A program made the translations under genes and the position numbers. A stretch of 63,412 bases of DNA, filler included, from Octopus bimaculoides (taxonomy: Eukaryota): the NCBI RefSeq assembly GCF_001194135.2. It is 4 parts of 4 records of this genome, joined end to end, with 100 filler letters (N's around TTAATTAATTAA, not from the genome) between each part and the next. Parts side by side here need not be neighbours in the genome. Positions count along the whole stretch, not along the records: positions 1 to 30,349 come from NC_068988.1; 3 more parts are not named here. One strand, written 5' to 3'. Positions 13,021 through 26,061 of this stretch are shown piece by piece. Within the stretch, counting starts at the first letter, position 1. Each line of letters starts with the position of its first letter. The notes beneath the pieces were generated by a model that was not told the origin of the DNA, searched no databases, and saw only the letters and a program-made list of their open reading frames with translations.

Positions 13021-14135
13021 ATGAAGGCCTTAGGTTATGATAAAGATTTATATATATGAAAGTAAACGGATCACTTCTATGCTTTCTATGTGCGGAAAAA
13101 AAAGAGTGAGGGTCTCTTGACAGACTGTTTTACGATATATCGCTCAATCCTCCAAGAAAACGTGCCCAATCTCTTTCTGCATTTGATATTTCAGGGTGGG
13201 AAATATCTGCCATGCAAAGCAGTCGCCTATTAAGTTATTATTGTGATGGGTAAATTCAGTTGCATACTTGTGCTTAAGCCAGCGTGTTATTAAGTTAACA
13301 ATATAATCTCTTTACGCACAGCACAGCGTATGTCACAAATACTTAATAATCTAAAAGGCTGAGATAATTTATATTCTAATATATTCTAAGTTTTAGATTT
13401 ATATCAATTCTTCTGATTCACGTTCGTTTGCACATGAAATACATGTCGTCATCATACCCCTCGTCTTCGTCGCAGTTAATGCTGTTGATAAAAAAAAACG
13501 GTGTGTATAACATGTATAATGCGTATACAAATGTAAAACATCTCAAGCTGTAATATTTTGTACAGATTTGCATGTTAACAAATACAGGGCTTTCCTCAGA
13601 ACATCGGTAGACCGCCCCACACGGTGTTTCGAATTAATTACGTCACTTCAGTGACGAATACTTTGAAAAAGTGCATGTCGCGATATAAAACTTGGCAAAC
13701 AAAACAATCATTGATTGGTGCCAAATTTACCCAAGTTGAAGTAAGATTAATAAACGAAATGCATTATTTGGTCCAAAAAAAGTTCGTTCGTGAGGTGTGA
13801 CAACAAAGAAGCGCACATATTCACTCTCTGCGTGCAATTAGACTCATGAAGTTTGTGAAGAACCCATTGACCCAATTTGCTGACTTTTACGAGGCTCGTC
13901 TTCAGGTCTGTAGTTTCCGGCTCGGAATTTCTGGAACCACCGTTGACACTAGCTTACGCCTATTGTCCAATCCCTATATACTGCATTAATATTCCTTGCA
14001 CTTTCCGTTGTGTTGTTGCCTTTATTAAACTCATAAAGCAAAATATGCCGAATATGCTCCTTTGTCACTTACATTGTAGCTACGAAAAAATAACTGTTAC
14101 GATCAAACTGCACTCTTTAAAACTTGCACTAAGAA

Positions 14136-14276
14136 TCAGTTTCCGTCTACCAAGTCCACTCACAAGGCTTTGATCGGCCTGAGGCTATAGTAGAAGACAC
14201 TTGCCCAAGGTGCCACGCAGTGGGACTGAACCTGGAACCATGTTGTTGGTAATCAAGCTACTTACCACACAGCCAC
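14136..14276 (-). mobile_element. SINE family A, head and body
   Basis: Close match to the reverse complement of 57821-57965. Confidence 0.9.
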
Positions 14277-16246
14277 ATTGTGGTTGTTGCCGTGGTTCTG
14301 TAGCCCTACGTTAGCATTGATTAAACGATAAGCATTCCAGCCCTGACCGTCATGTCGGAGTCTCACGGATTTTTATATCTACGTGTGAAATATCTGGCAC
14401 TTTAAGAGAGCAGAGTATAATTTTGGAGGGGCATTTCCATGAATATTCGCAACTTTTTATAAGCGTTCGAGCTGCTAGCGTTGAAAACAGGTGTATTGCA
14501 TTTGGTTTTTATCAAACCGAAACGGCAAAGAAAGATAGAAGAAGAAAACTAAAAAAGGAACGGGGGGAAAAAAAGCTTTGATTTTTATGAATATGAAAAT
14601 TAAGGAGAAGAAAATTAGAGGAAGAGTAAGAGAAGGAAATAAAAGGAGGCAAAATGAATAAAGGAGAGAAATGGGTGTAATGTCGGCAGCGGAAAGGAAC
14701 AGAAAACAAAGGCGAGTTGTGTGAGAAAAATTATTAAAACGACATTAAAAAACTAATATATGTGTGCATGTGCGCATGCGTGCAGACGTGAGTGTGCCTT
14801 TACACTTGTGTATTTGCATGTATGAATATGCATGCCTATATATGCATATATATATATATANNNNNNNNNNNNNNNNNNNNNNNNNNNNNNNNNNNNNNNN
14901 NNNNNNNNNNNNNNNNNNNNNNNNNNNNNNNNNNNNNNNNNNNNNNNNNNNNNNNNNNNNNNNNNNNNNNNNNNNNNNNNNNNNNNNNNNNNNNNNNNNN
15001 NNNNNNNNNNNNNNNNNNNNNNNNNNNNNNNNNNNNNNNNNNNNNNNNNNNNNNNNNNNNNNNNNNNNNNNNNNNNNNNNNNNNNNNNNNNNNNNNNNNN
15101 NNNNNNNNNNNNNNNNNNNNNNNNNNNNNNNNNNNNNNNNNNNNNNNNNNNNNATTCAGGCATATCCATATACATATACGTTGTGACAGGAGCGTACAAT
15201 CTGCATGACAATCCCATCAGAAAGTTTTCAGCAGCAAAGATAAACAGCAGCAAAGATAAACACCAGCAAACGTATGTACGATTCCAACAAACTGTGGCAA
15301 ACATTATCGACACAACTGAGAAATATCTGAGTCATTAAGGAAGAGAGAAACGAAATAAAAATAAAATAAAAATAAAAACAAATAATAAATAAAACAAAAC
15401 ATTATTTAAAAAAAGAGAAAACAAAACAAAACAGAAATGGAACAGAAGGGATAATAAAAACAAATTAAGAAAATAAAACGTAAGAAAATATAAGAAAAAA
15501 TAAAATATAAACAGAAATTTCATAATCATCAATTGTCCAAGATTTGTTCTTTTTTAATCATGGCAGTTTTATATATTTGTTGAAATTTTTAATATTAATT
15601 CTGTAGCCATGTTCTGCACTACAGCTTACGATCTAATAAATTTCAAAGTCATGCATTGTTGTTCTACGCAATTCGATATGTTTGCAACGCCACAATCAAT
15701 TATTGCTTGTGTGGGCGAGTGAGTGTGAATGTGTGAGTGTATATATGTGTGTTTGTGTGTTGTTTTGTTACCATTTTTTTTTTGTTTTTTGTTTGTTTGC
15801 TAAATTTGTTTTGTTATTGTTGTTGTTGTTGTTGTTGTCTTTATAACAACCCGATCGTTCTTAGAACCTTTTTGCCAGAGAATGCATGTCAAATCGTTTT
15901 CTGGTTCCCTTTGATGTTACTTTAATGGCGCCCCTGACTTTCCTTCCCATTGAAGCGTATGTCGTGGCTCATACGAAAATTGAAGTTCAGACTATAAAAT
16001 TAAGAAAGAGAGAGAAAGAAAGAAAGAACAAAACACAAAAAAAAAACAAAAAAACAAACAAACAAACGAATAAAACAAGGCAACTCCGACAAATGACCTC
16101 TAACTGCACAGCAAGCACCACACATTTCTAGTCTCGCCTTTCACATACCTCTTTTGCTGTCCTTGTTATATGTTTTTATATAATTATTTTTTTAGGTCTG
16201 CCTATTACAAGTTATTCTGTATATGGGTAGCGTATTTCATATTGCC

Positions 16247-16247
<1 letters not shown>

Positions 16248-16298
<51 letters not shown>

Positions 16299-16376
16299 AA
16301 TAATAATAATAATAATAATAAAAATAATAATAGTAATAATAATATTTCTTGTAGTTGCAGCAGCAGCAGTAGCAGC

Positions 16377-16443
<67 letters not shown>

Positions 16444-16575
16444 ATGTTATTATTGAAATTTATTATTATTGTTGTTATTACTGCTGCTGTTTCTGTTTTC
16501 ATGTTATTATCATTATCATTATTATTATTATTTTGCTATTATTATTATTATTATTTTTGTTGTTGTTGTTGTTGG

Positions 16576-16614
<39 letters not shown>

Positions 16615-16640
16615 CATTATTATTATCATTATTATTATCA
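16248..16640. repeat. Compound trinucleotide microsatellite (ATT)n-(AAT)n-(AGC/AGT)n-(ATT/GTT)n
   Basis: Seen directly. Confidence 0.95.
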
Positions 16641-17020
16641 TGTTGCTGAACCACTGGAATCAAGAGAATCTGTTTGAGTTGAAGCAAACTATTAAAAGAT
16701 CGCTACGCTCTCTCATTACAAAGCATTGCAAAGTGTCTTAGAATATCAAGAATCACTTACTAATTTGGCTAAATTTGCACTTTTCTCCCTCTCGTTGTTC
16801 GCAGAAAAACCATAGCAAATTATCTTTTACATACATACATACACACACATATATATNNNNNNNNNNNNNNNNNNNNNNNNNNNNNNNNNNNNNNNNNNNN
16901 NNNNNNNNNNNNNNNNNNNNNNNNNNNNNNNNNNNNNNNNNNNNNNNNNNNNNNNNNNNNNNNNNNNNNNNNNNNNNNNNNNNNNNNNNNNNNNNNNNNN
17001 NNNNNNNNNNNNNNNNNNNN

Positions 17021-17070
<50 letters not shown>

Positions 17071-17439
17071 GTACATACATATACATATGTATATACATAA
17101 ATACAGAGACAGACATGCACACACCTACACACACACAAGACACACACATACACTCACATACAAACACACAACCACACACTCACACACATATATACATATA
17201 TGTATGTATATATAATAAATGAAAACAAAAAATTTCTCCAAGGTTATGCCCCAGCATGACCGCAGTCTAATGACTGAAACAATTAAAGAGTAGAAGTTAA
17301 ATGGCGAAAGAATTAATTATATATCAAATATTCGTAATAAAATTAACTACACTCCAGCAAAATGTAGGATCCAAATTTTATACAGATTCTGAGATTTTGT
17401 AATCACTTTTCCTTATTTTTTCATTGCCACATCTGAAAT

Positions 17440-19170
17440 TTAAATTATATCCCAGCCGAAAAGGATGAGAAATCATCTATGATCTCAAGGATTATCATGA
17501 TCACAATGTATTTATCAAAGAAGCTGATAAATGTAGTTTTGTACTCATTATATACACAGAACATTACAAAAACACTGCACCATCTCTACATTTTGATAAC
17601 ACTTATTACACATTTTGAAGACCCCCGTTATAAAAGGGTAAGCAGTTACTGACAATCCAAAATAATAAAGACACTCATGACCATCTAATAGTTCGAAAAG
17701 AACTTAACGGGAAAGAGAAGGGGTTATTTAATGAGATTTGAATGCAAAACCATCAATTTTTGCGGACGCCCAAAAATCCTAGAAGATCGACTCAAATTTT
17801 AATTAATATAAGAAATCCAAAAGAGCTAAAATTAAGATCAACGGTAGCAGGCACATCCTACACAACATATATTTAATAACTTTATTGATATACTCCTAAA
17901 ACCCGTTCATAAACACATAAAGAGATGATTTAGAATTTCTAAACTATCTCCCATATAAAATTAACATACGCACTCTTTTTCTTTCATTTGATATAGTAAA
18001 TATCTATATTCCGGTCCCACACGAATACGAAATAGAAGCCATACAATGCTGACCGGAAAAATTTGCAGATGACCTGTCTGAACGAATAGGAAAAGATTTA
18101 CCGTTCAATATAACTTTTACAATTTCAACGACATCTACAAATATCGGAACGGTGATAGGCAAGAAAGTAGCCCTTATAAGCGCTTATCTTGTTACGAGAT
18201 GTTCAAATATACAAACACTCCAGATTAGAATTCAGTGGTAACTTCTACAAATACCTATTTGCCAACTGGAAACACTATCTGGTCGATTGTTTCATACTAT
18301 GGACACACTGTCAGGACCAACTCTATGAGCTTAAAACCCTAATTGAGAACATAAAACACAGTATTCAATTCCTAAATGGAATAGAGTAAAAAAAAAAGCA
18401 ACTACTATTTATGAACATTTTAACCATTAAAAAATATATGAACATTGAAACTATCATTTGTTATTTTTTCCTACCATTCAAGACAAGCAAGAATAAATAT
18501 ACATTTTAAACTGACAAGAAGATTCTACACAATTGTATCCAATTCCGAAACCCGAGATACATTAGTCGAAAGACAATACCCAGTAACTTTAATTAATAAC
18601 GAGTACAACGTGAAAAAGCTACAGACACCCAAGTATTGCGAATGACAAGATGCACCACTGATACACCCAATCAATGAAACAGAAGCATACAACATCATTC
18701 GTTAGAATACACTGCGCAACAAATTTCAGGTTCAAAAAAAGGACAAGTTAAGTAAGACTTGTTTCTGGGTCAACAAATTGTCCTGATTCTGATTCTAACC
18801 TTTATTTCTCCAGATTAGGTACCGTTTTCCTGCCCCATGAAACATATGCTTTATAATATACTGCATAATATCGCGTATTGAACACAACATTGCAAATACT
18901 GAAAGTTACAAAAAACAAAACAAAAATTTAGTTGGTATAACGAAACATATATTGGTTATGAATTAAAAACACGCGTGTTAGTTTAAACAACTTTTGTCTT
19001 TCTGAGCCTCTTGTAAACATCTAGACCTTTGTCAAACAAGCATACATCCTAAATAATGAATGTTGCCTTTACGAAGCATATATCAATGCATCGGAAACAC
19101 ATCCGTCCAATTACAATTAATTAAAGAAAATATGTTTATTAAGAAATATCAACCAAGACTAAATACTTTA
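17440..19170 (+). mobile_element. Penelope-like retroelement (RT plus C-terminal GIY-YIG), decayed by stops and frameshifts
   Basis: Successive degenerate motifs IKEADK(C), FCGRPKI, LKLRSTVAG, FIDILLKP..RDDLEFLN..SFDIVNIY, GTVIGKKVA, HYLVDCFILW, YIG..LKTR and FIKKYQPRLN, in PLE order. Confidence 0.8.
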
Positions 19171-19865
19171 CAACACAATAGAATGACAAAACACATTATA
19201 TTTCACTCAAGTAAACGACTAGAAGGAATAAAAATAATGAAGATAAATCAGAAGTTGTGATAACAGGATTTCTCCAGGATTCAAAACCCTAAGTTCAACC
19301 CTCAAAGACATTACTCCTTCCGACATTATTTACAAACATCAACCTGGGATTTTCTGTTTGGTCAACAGTGAACTCTCGGAAGAGAAAGTAAAAGAGCAAA
19401 CGCCGCTGTTAAGCATTCTGCCGAGCTGAAACAGCAGAGAAACAAATGACATCTTAGGGGACTCGGTCAACCAGAACGATGGATTACTGCTAGACAAAAC
19501 CAAGTGACCAGAACATTTGATACATAAACGACGTCCGCATAAAAGCACTGGACCACTATTGGACAAAGACAAGTAACCAAAACAATTGATAAACAAATGA
19601 CGTATTCATGCAGTCAACCAATCAGAACTCTGGGCCAAAAGGTGGACAAAACATAGTGATGTCTTTAAGTAAGTGACCAATCGGGACTATGACCGAACAG
19701 TCTAAAAACCTATGTATATACAAAACAATATCGACTTGAAAAATAGATCAAGTTTTTTGGAGTAAAGCAAAAGACGAACAATATTCCTTCATAGAACATG
19801 ACAACGTGTAGAAATTTTCTTTCTTATTCTTCAAACTCATCATCATATCTAATTACTAACATAAG

Positions 19866-20056
19866 TTATTGCTTTGAAACCTATTGAACTTTCAAATTTC
19901 CATCATGAATTATTGCTATGAAATTTATCGAACATTTGAACTTTCATAAATTCTTATTGCTGTGAAAGTTATTGAATACTTGAACTCTTATCGTGTAATT
20001 TTGCTAGGAAACATATTGAACATTTGGTTTTGAACCTGTTTTATTGCTATGAAACT
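19866..20056. repeat. Degenerate ~44-bp minisatellite, about 4.5 units
   Basis: Units beginning tt(a/t)ttgct..gaaa start at 19866, 19910, 19954, 19999 and 20041. Confidence 0.8.
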
Positions 20057-20516
20057 TTTCCCGGCGCATTCTCTTTCTTTGAAACTTTTAACATGTTTCT
20101 GTTATTTTATATTTACCATTGAAAAACAAAGAAGTTATTAAAACGGGTACGGTGTTTTAATAAATTCTTAAAACAATTAAAAAATAAAACTTCAAGCCAT
20201 TTTAAGATTCCGGTGCATTTTTCAACCTGTAAATTCTCCTATGTTCTTACTTACGTGGAAGTAAACCTGTTTCCTACACACATATGTGTGTGTGTGTATG
20301 TGTGTATGTAGTCAAATTGAATAAACAAACATTAAAAGCTATAACAAACAAGAGGACGTGCACATGGTATGTATTAGGCTGATGCTCAGTAAAAACAGTT
20401 TTTTGACGTTTCAAGCGTGACACTTCGTCGGAAATGAAAATGAAAAGAATGACAGAAAGTCACCAACAGCACGTGTGTAATTACATTGCTGTTTATATAT
20501 ATATATATATATATCC

Positions 20517-20588
20517 GGCCGGATAACTGAAGAGATGGCGGCGTGAGTTCCCACCCCGGCATCCGAAACTAGGAGTCTTATCATGGCT
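20517..20588 (+). ncRNA. Minimal type I hammerhead ribozyme motif (PLE-associated, slightly degenerate)
   Basis: GATAA-CTGAAGA-[12-bp stem II with 2 mismatches]-GAAA-C-tagga-GTC-TTATC. Stem I GATAA/TTATC extends via GGCCG/TGGCT. Confidence 0.7.
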
Positions 20589-22777
20589 ACCGAATAAGTG
20601 TCACATGTTTTTACAGATACATATATATATATATANNNNNNNNNNNNNNNNNNNNNNNNNNNNNNNNNNNNNNNNNNNNNNNNNNNNNNNNNNNNNNNNN
20701 NNNNNNNNNNNNNNNNNNNNNNNNNNNNNNNNNNNNNNNNNNNNNNNNNNNNNNNNNNNNNNNNNNNNNNNNNNNNNNNNNNNNNNNNNNNNNNNNNNNN
20801 NNNNNNNNNNNNNNNNNNNNNNNNNNNNNNNNNNNNNNNNNNNNNNNNNNNNNNNNNNNNNNNNNNNNNNNNNNNNNNNNNNNNNNNNNNNNNNNNNNNN
20901 NNNNNNNNNNNNNNNNNNNNNNNNNNNNNNNNNNNNNNNNNNNNNNNNNNNNNNNNNNNNNNNNNNNNNNNNNNNNNNNNNNNNNNNNNNNNNNNNNNNN
21001 NNNNNNNNNNNNNNNNNNNNNNNNNNNNNNNNNNNNNNNNNNNNNNNNNNNNNNNATATATATATATATATATATATAACGATATATATAAAAATGAATT
21101 ATATTGATTTCTACATAGGCCACACGTTCTCAAATTTAGGCGGCAAAATGTGTAGATTCTTCCATTCATCCCCAGCTTTCTGTAGTGGTGCTCATACCTT
21201 GAATGTATTTGATACATCTGCTCACACGACGGAATTTAGGCCTCAAATTCTAAGTGCGTCATATACGTTTGTAGCATATTATATACATAAACTTTTACGA
21301 TATATATTTGTTTTTTGTAATTAGGCAAAGATCTAATAATTTTAAGGGATGTGTTAGTTGCTACCATTTATCCTTGTACTTGATTGGTATTGTTCTTTAT
21401 TGAACCGATTGAATAAAAGGCAAAGGGTGAAAGTGAGAACGTAAAGAACCAGAAGTTATACCATAAAGTATTATGTCCGATACGCTACTAACTCTGCCAG
21501 TCTCCTATCCTTTTTAATAATTGATTTTAATATAAACACACAACCAGTAATTTCGAAGAGACATTGTTAGTTGGTAACGTTGACCCCAGTACTTGACCCT
21601 GAGAGTATGAAATGAAAATTGACCTTGACGATTGGCACACCAGAGACATAGAGAGAGAGAGTGAGATAGAGAGAGAGAGTGAGATAGAGGGAGAGAGTGA
21701 GGTAGAGAGAGAGAGTGAGATAGAGAGAGCGACAGACAGACAGAAAGAGAGAGGTGTAGGAAGAGTGAGACATACCTTGTCACTTCTGTTATTTTCTATC
21801 TACGTAAAATTATTTTGATATATACAGGGAAATAGCTCCCGTCAGAGATTGAAGCCGCCACAAAATCGCAATATTTCTTGCAAACTTTAACATTAATTAA
21901 AATTTTTCCTGCGGAATGTGGTTGTTGTTGTTGTCGTAGTTGTCGTCATTGGTGCTGTTTAGTCCTAGATAGATCCTGAATGAATAGACCTTTGATCAAA
22001 GCAGTGCGATGATGAATGGCAGACTGTTGACCAGAGGCTGGCCTACGATCAAAGATTGACCGATGATCAAAGAAATTTCCGATATCTAAGACTGCATTAT
22101 GTCTTTCCTTCTTTTAAAGATCATGGACTGTCCTTCTAGATGCATTTGGCTGCTATTTCTAGTATTTAAAACGACAGTATAGAAGCATTATCATTCGTCA
22201 ATCCTGTTAGTTTTTACACTCAAAATATTAAAAAAAACGAAAATATGCATTCATTTGTTTTTGTTTTTATTTTTTAATATCTTACTCGGAGGAGACAGGA
22301 CAGCGTTCTTAATCCTATTAGTAAGGGCCTCATCCATATCCGGTCATGACGGAGAAAGGCAGGGAAAAGCAAAGGAAACTATACGAATCATGAGTTGCTG
22401 TGACTTCAATGACTGTAACAGAGCGAACTCGACATCCAAAGGGAACGCGATGTTAAACTGGGTAATACATGAAATCTACTACTGGAATGTCGCGCCAATA
22501 AAAAAAGAGCCCTCTAAGGTCTCTTGATCTGTTGCAATCTGCATCTAAATCTATTTTGAATTATTCCCTACACAACACCACCACGAACACTAACTTATCC
22601 TCGTGCACTGATCTTACTTAATGTCTCGTCAGCATCTATTTTCAAGATGAGGCCTGTGTTTTGGATTTAACTAAACTTGCTAATGAAGAGATGAGGCCAA
22701 CACACACGAATGTGTCATGGAAAAGGATTCCAAATTGTTTAAACGAAAGCTACGAATAAGGGCACCAATATATATAT

Positions 22778-22822
<45 letters not shown>

Positions 22823-23595
22823 NNNNNNNNNNNNNNNNNNNNNNNNNNNNNNNNNNNNNNNNNNNNNNNNNNNNNNNNNNNNNNNNNNNNNNNNNNNNNN
22901 NNNNNNNNNNNNNNNNNNNNNNNNNNNNNNNNNNNNNNNNNNNNNNNNNNNNNNNNNNNNNNNNNNNNNNNNNNNNNNNNNNNNNNNNNNNNNNNNNNNN
23001 NNNNNNNNNNNNNNNNNNNNNNNNNNNNNNNNNNNNNNNNNNNNNNNNNNNNNNNNNNNNNNNNNNNNNNNNNNNNNNNNNNNNNNNNNNNNNNNNNNNN
23101 NNNNNNNNNNNNNNNNNNNNNNNNNNNNNNNNNNNNNNNNNNNNNNNNNNNNNNNNNNNNNNNNNNNNNNNNNNNNNNNNNNNNNNNNNNNNNNNNNNNN
23201 NNNNNNNNNNNNNNNNNNNNNNNNNNNNNNNNNNNNNNNNNNNNNNNNNNNNNNNNNNNNNNNNNNNNNNNNNNNNNNNNNNNNNNNNNNNNNNNNNNNN
23301 NNNNNNNNNNNNNNNNNNNNNNNNNNNNNNNNNNNNNNNNNNNNNNNNNNNNNNNNNNNNNNNNNNNNNNNNNNNNNNNNNNNNNNNNNNNNNNNNNNNN
23401 NNNNNNNNNNNNNNNNNNNNNNNNNNNNNNNNNNNNNNNNNNNNNNNNNNNNNNNNNNNNNNNNNNNNNNNNNNNNNNNNNNNNNNNNNNNNNNNNNNNN
23501 NNNNNNNNNNNNNNNNNNNNNNNNNNNNNNNNNNNNNNNNNNNNNNNNNNNNNNNNNNNNNNNNNNNNNNNNNNNNNNNNNNNNNNNNNNNNNNN

Positions 23596-23636
<41 letters not shown>

Positions 23637-23714
23637 TATGTCCGTGCAAACAGGGAACAAAGAACTATAAAACTGATGAGCATATGTATATGTGTATGTA
23701 CGTGCGTGTGTGTG

Positions 23715-23920
23715 TGTGTGTGTCCCACACTACCTCTTGACAACTGGCGCTGGTGTGTTTGCTCCCCGTAACCTAGCAGTTCGGTAAAACAGACCGATAG
23801 AATAAGTATCAGTCTTTAAAAACAGAAATAAGTACTGCAGCTGATTCATTTGACTAAAAATTCCTCAAGACGATGCCCTAGCATGGCCGCAATCTAATGA
23901 GTGAAACAAATAGAAGATGA
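23715..23920 (+). mobile_element. SINE family A, 3' half, decayed
   Basis: cttgacaactg..ggtgtgttt..ccccgtaacctagcagttcggtaaaacagaccgatagaataagta. Confidence 0.75.
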
Positions 23921-25462
23921 CTTATTTATTCATATTAATCTGACTGCATTTTTTTTTTTTTTTTATCTACCGAAAGAAGTACAAATGACTGATTCGACCT
24001 CGGCAGAATTTGAACACAGAACCTCAGTACCGCCAAACGCTCTGTCTGCTGCTCTAATGGCTCCATCTATCTACCGTACTATGCCAGCAAAATAATAACG
24101 ACCTCGTAAACCACGACGAAATCACCACGTTAAAATGTCCACGACGAAATCACTATGTTGAAAATCAACTTTCATGGTTTTCCTAAAAGCAAATAGTAGC
24201 AGAATTGATACGAAGCCTTTGCATAGAAAATGGAACTAAATCACTGATTTTTATTGACAGTGTTATTATCTTCTGTCTATATTGTATGACCTCTCAAATC
24301 TACCCGATACGAAGAACGTAACTATATATTTACTCCATAAACGCTAGAATTAATACTTCTAAACTCTCACCAAAAATTCACTAACTCATATCATTTTTAA
24401 CAACAACTTTTTCTGCATCAATTTTAGACGAGAAGACCTTCTAACTTTTCCCACAAATTAGTATTCGATGTTACTCTTAAGGGCAAGTACTTTCCATCTG
24501 ACGAAACTTAATTTTCGACGCTATCATTAACAGAAAAAATTGGTGAAAAGATGTTTGAGTGAAAGTCTGCAATCTTTTACAAAAAGCTCGGCCTCTAATA
24601 CCATCCTTAACAGCAAATCCTTTATTTACATCAATATTAACAGTGAAAACCTTTTAAGAATTTTTACTAAAACTCGGTTTCTGATATTATTCTCTATTTC
24701 TTATTTCTTGTTTTACGAAATCTATTCTAACCAACGATTCTTGGTTCTTAAAGACAAGCTGCTTGAATAAAATAAAATAACATAAAGAGAAAAAAAAAAA
24801 GAAATAATAAAATATAGTCTTTTGTACGTGATACGCATATACATATATAGATGATACGTAGAAGAAAATATCTCATGATACATTACATGATATTCTGGCT
24901 TCTTCTAGTGAGATAAACATGATTTATTTAGTGATATGTTCTTCACCCAGATCAATACATTATCACACATTTTCAACGACTTATTTACCTTTCCTATAAA
25001 AAATAATAAACATAAGAAATATTCCTTCATTCTTATCCTTAGATAAATAATATCAATTTCAAATATAATCTGTTTGTTGTTGGCTGATTCTATGGGGTTT
25101 CTTTTACATATATATTTTTTATTAATATTATTACTATTCGTTCATATTAAATCAGTAGAGCCACAACATATTGATCAGCAATGATAGAGGATATGTACGA
25201 GATATATAGATATTCGATTGTCTCGTAGATATTGTGTTCTCGTTACTCATGGCTCACGACTCGTTATGTAAGGTCTCTATACACAAATGCAGAAATTATT
25301 CAATGTACGAAATGTAGCCGTTTCCTTTTTCATTATACATTAATCATAAATATTATTTATTTTCTCTTCTTTTTCGCTTCTAGTATGATGTGTTTGTGCA
25401 CGATGTCATGTGTGAGTGAATATTTGAGTGTATGCGTATCTATGTAAACACACACGCACGCA

Positions 25463-25504
<42 letters not shown>

Positions 25505-26008
25505 TACATACATTTATATATATATNNNNNNNNNNNNNNNNNNNNNNNNNNNNNNNNNNNNNNNNNNNNNNNNNNNNNNNNNNNNNNNNNNNNNNNNNNN
25601 NNNNNNNNNNNNNNNNNNNNNNNNNNNNNNNNNNNNNNNNNNNNNNNNNNNNNNNNNNNNNNNNNNNNNNNNNNNNNNNNNNNNNNNNNNNNNNNNNNNN
25701 NNNNNNNNNNNNNNNNNNNNNNNNNNNNNNNNNNNNNNNNNNNNNNNNNNNNNNNNNNNNNNNNNNNNNNNNNNNNNNNNNNNNNNNNNNNNNNNNNNNN
25801 NNNNNNNNNNNNNNNNNNNNNNNNNNNNNNNNNNNNNNNNNNNNNNNNNNNNNNNNNNNNNNNNNNNNNNNNNNNNNNNNNNNNNNNNNNNNNNNNNNNN
25901 NNNNNNNNNNNNNNNNNNNNNNNNNNNNNNNNNNNNNNNNNNNNNNNNNNNNNNNNNNNNNNNNNNNNNNNNNNNNNNNNNNNNNNNNNNNNNNNNNNNN
26001 NNNNNNNN

Positions 26009-26061
<53 letters not shown>

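Noticed and set aside
22255-22527. ORF containing CCDFNDCN, like the Ly6/activin-receptor cysteine box
   Set aside because: No other cysteines of the fold, no convincing acceptor and no companion exons. Probably chance.
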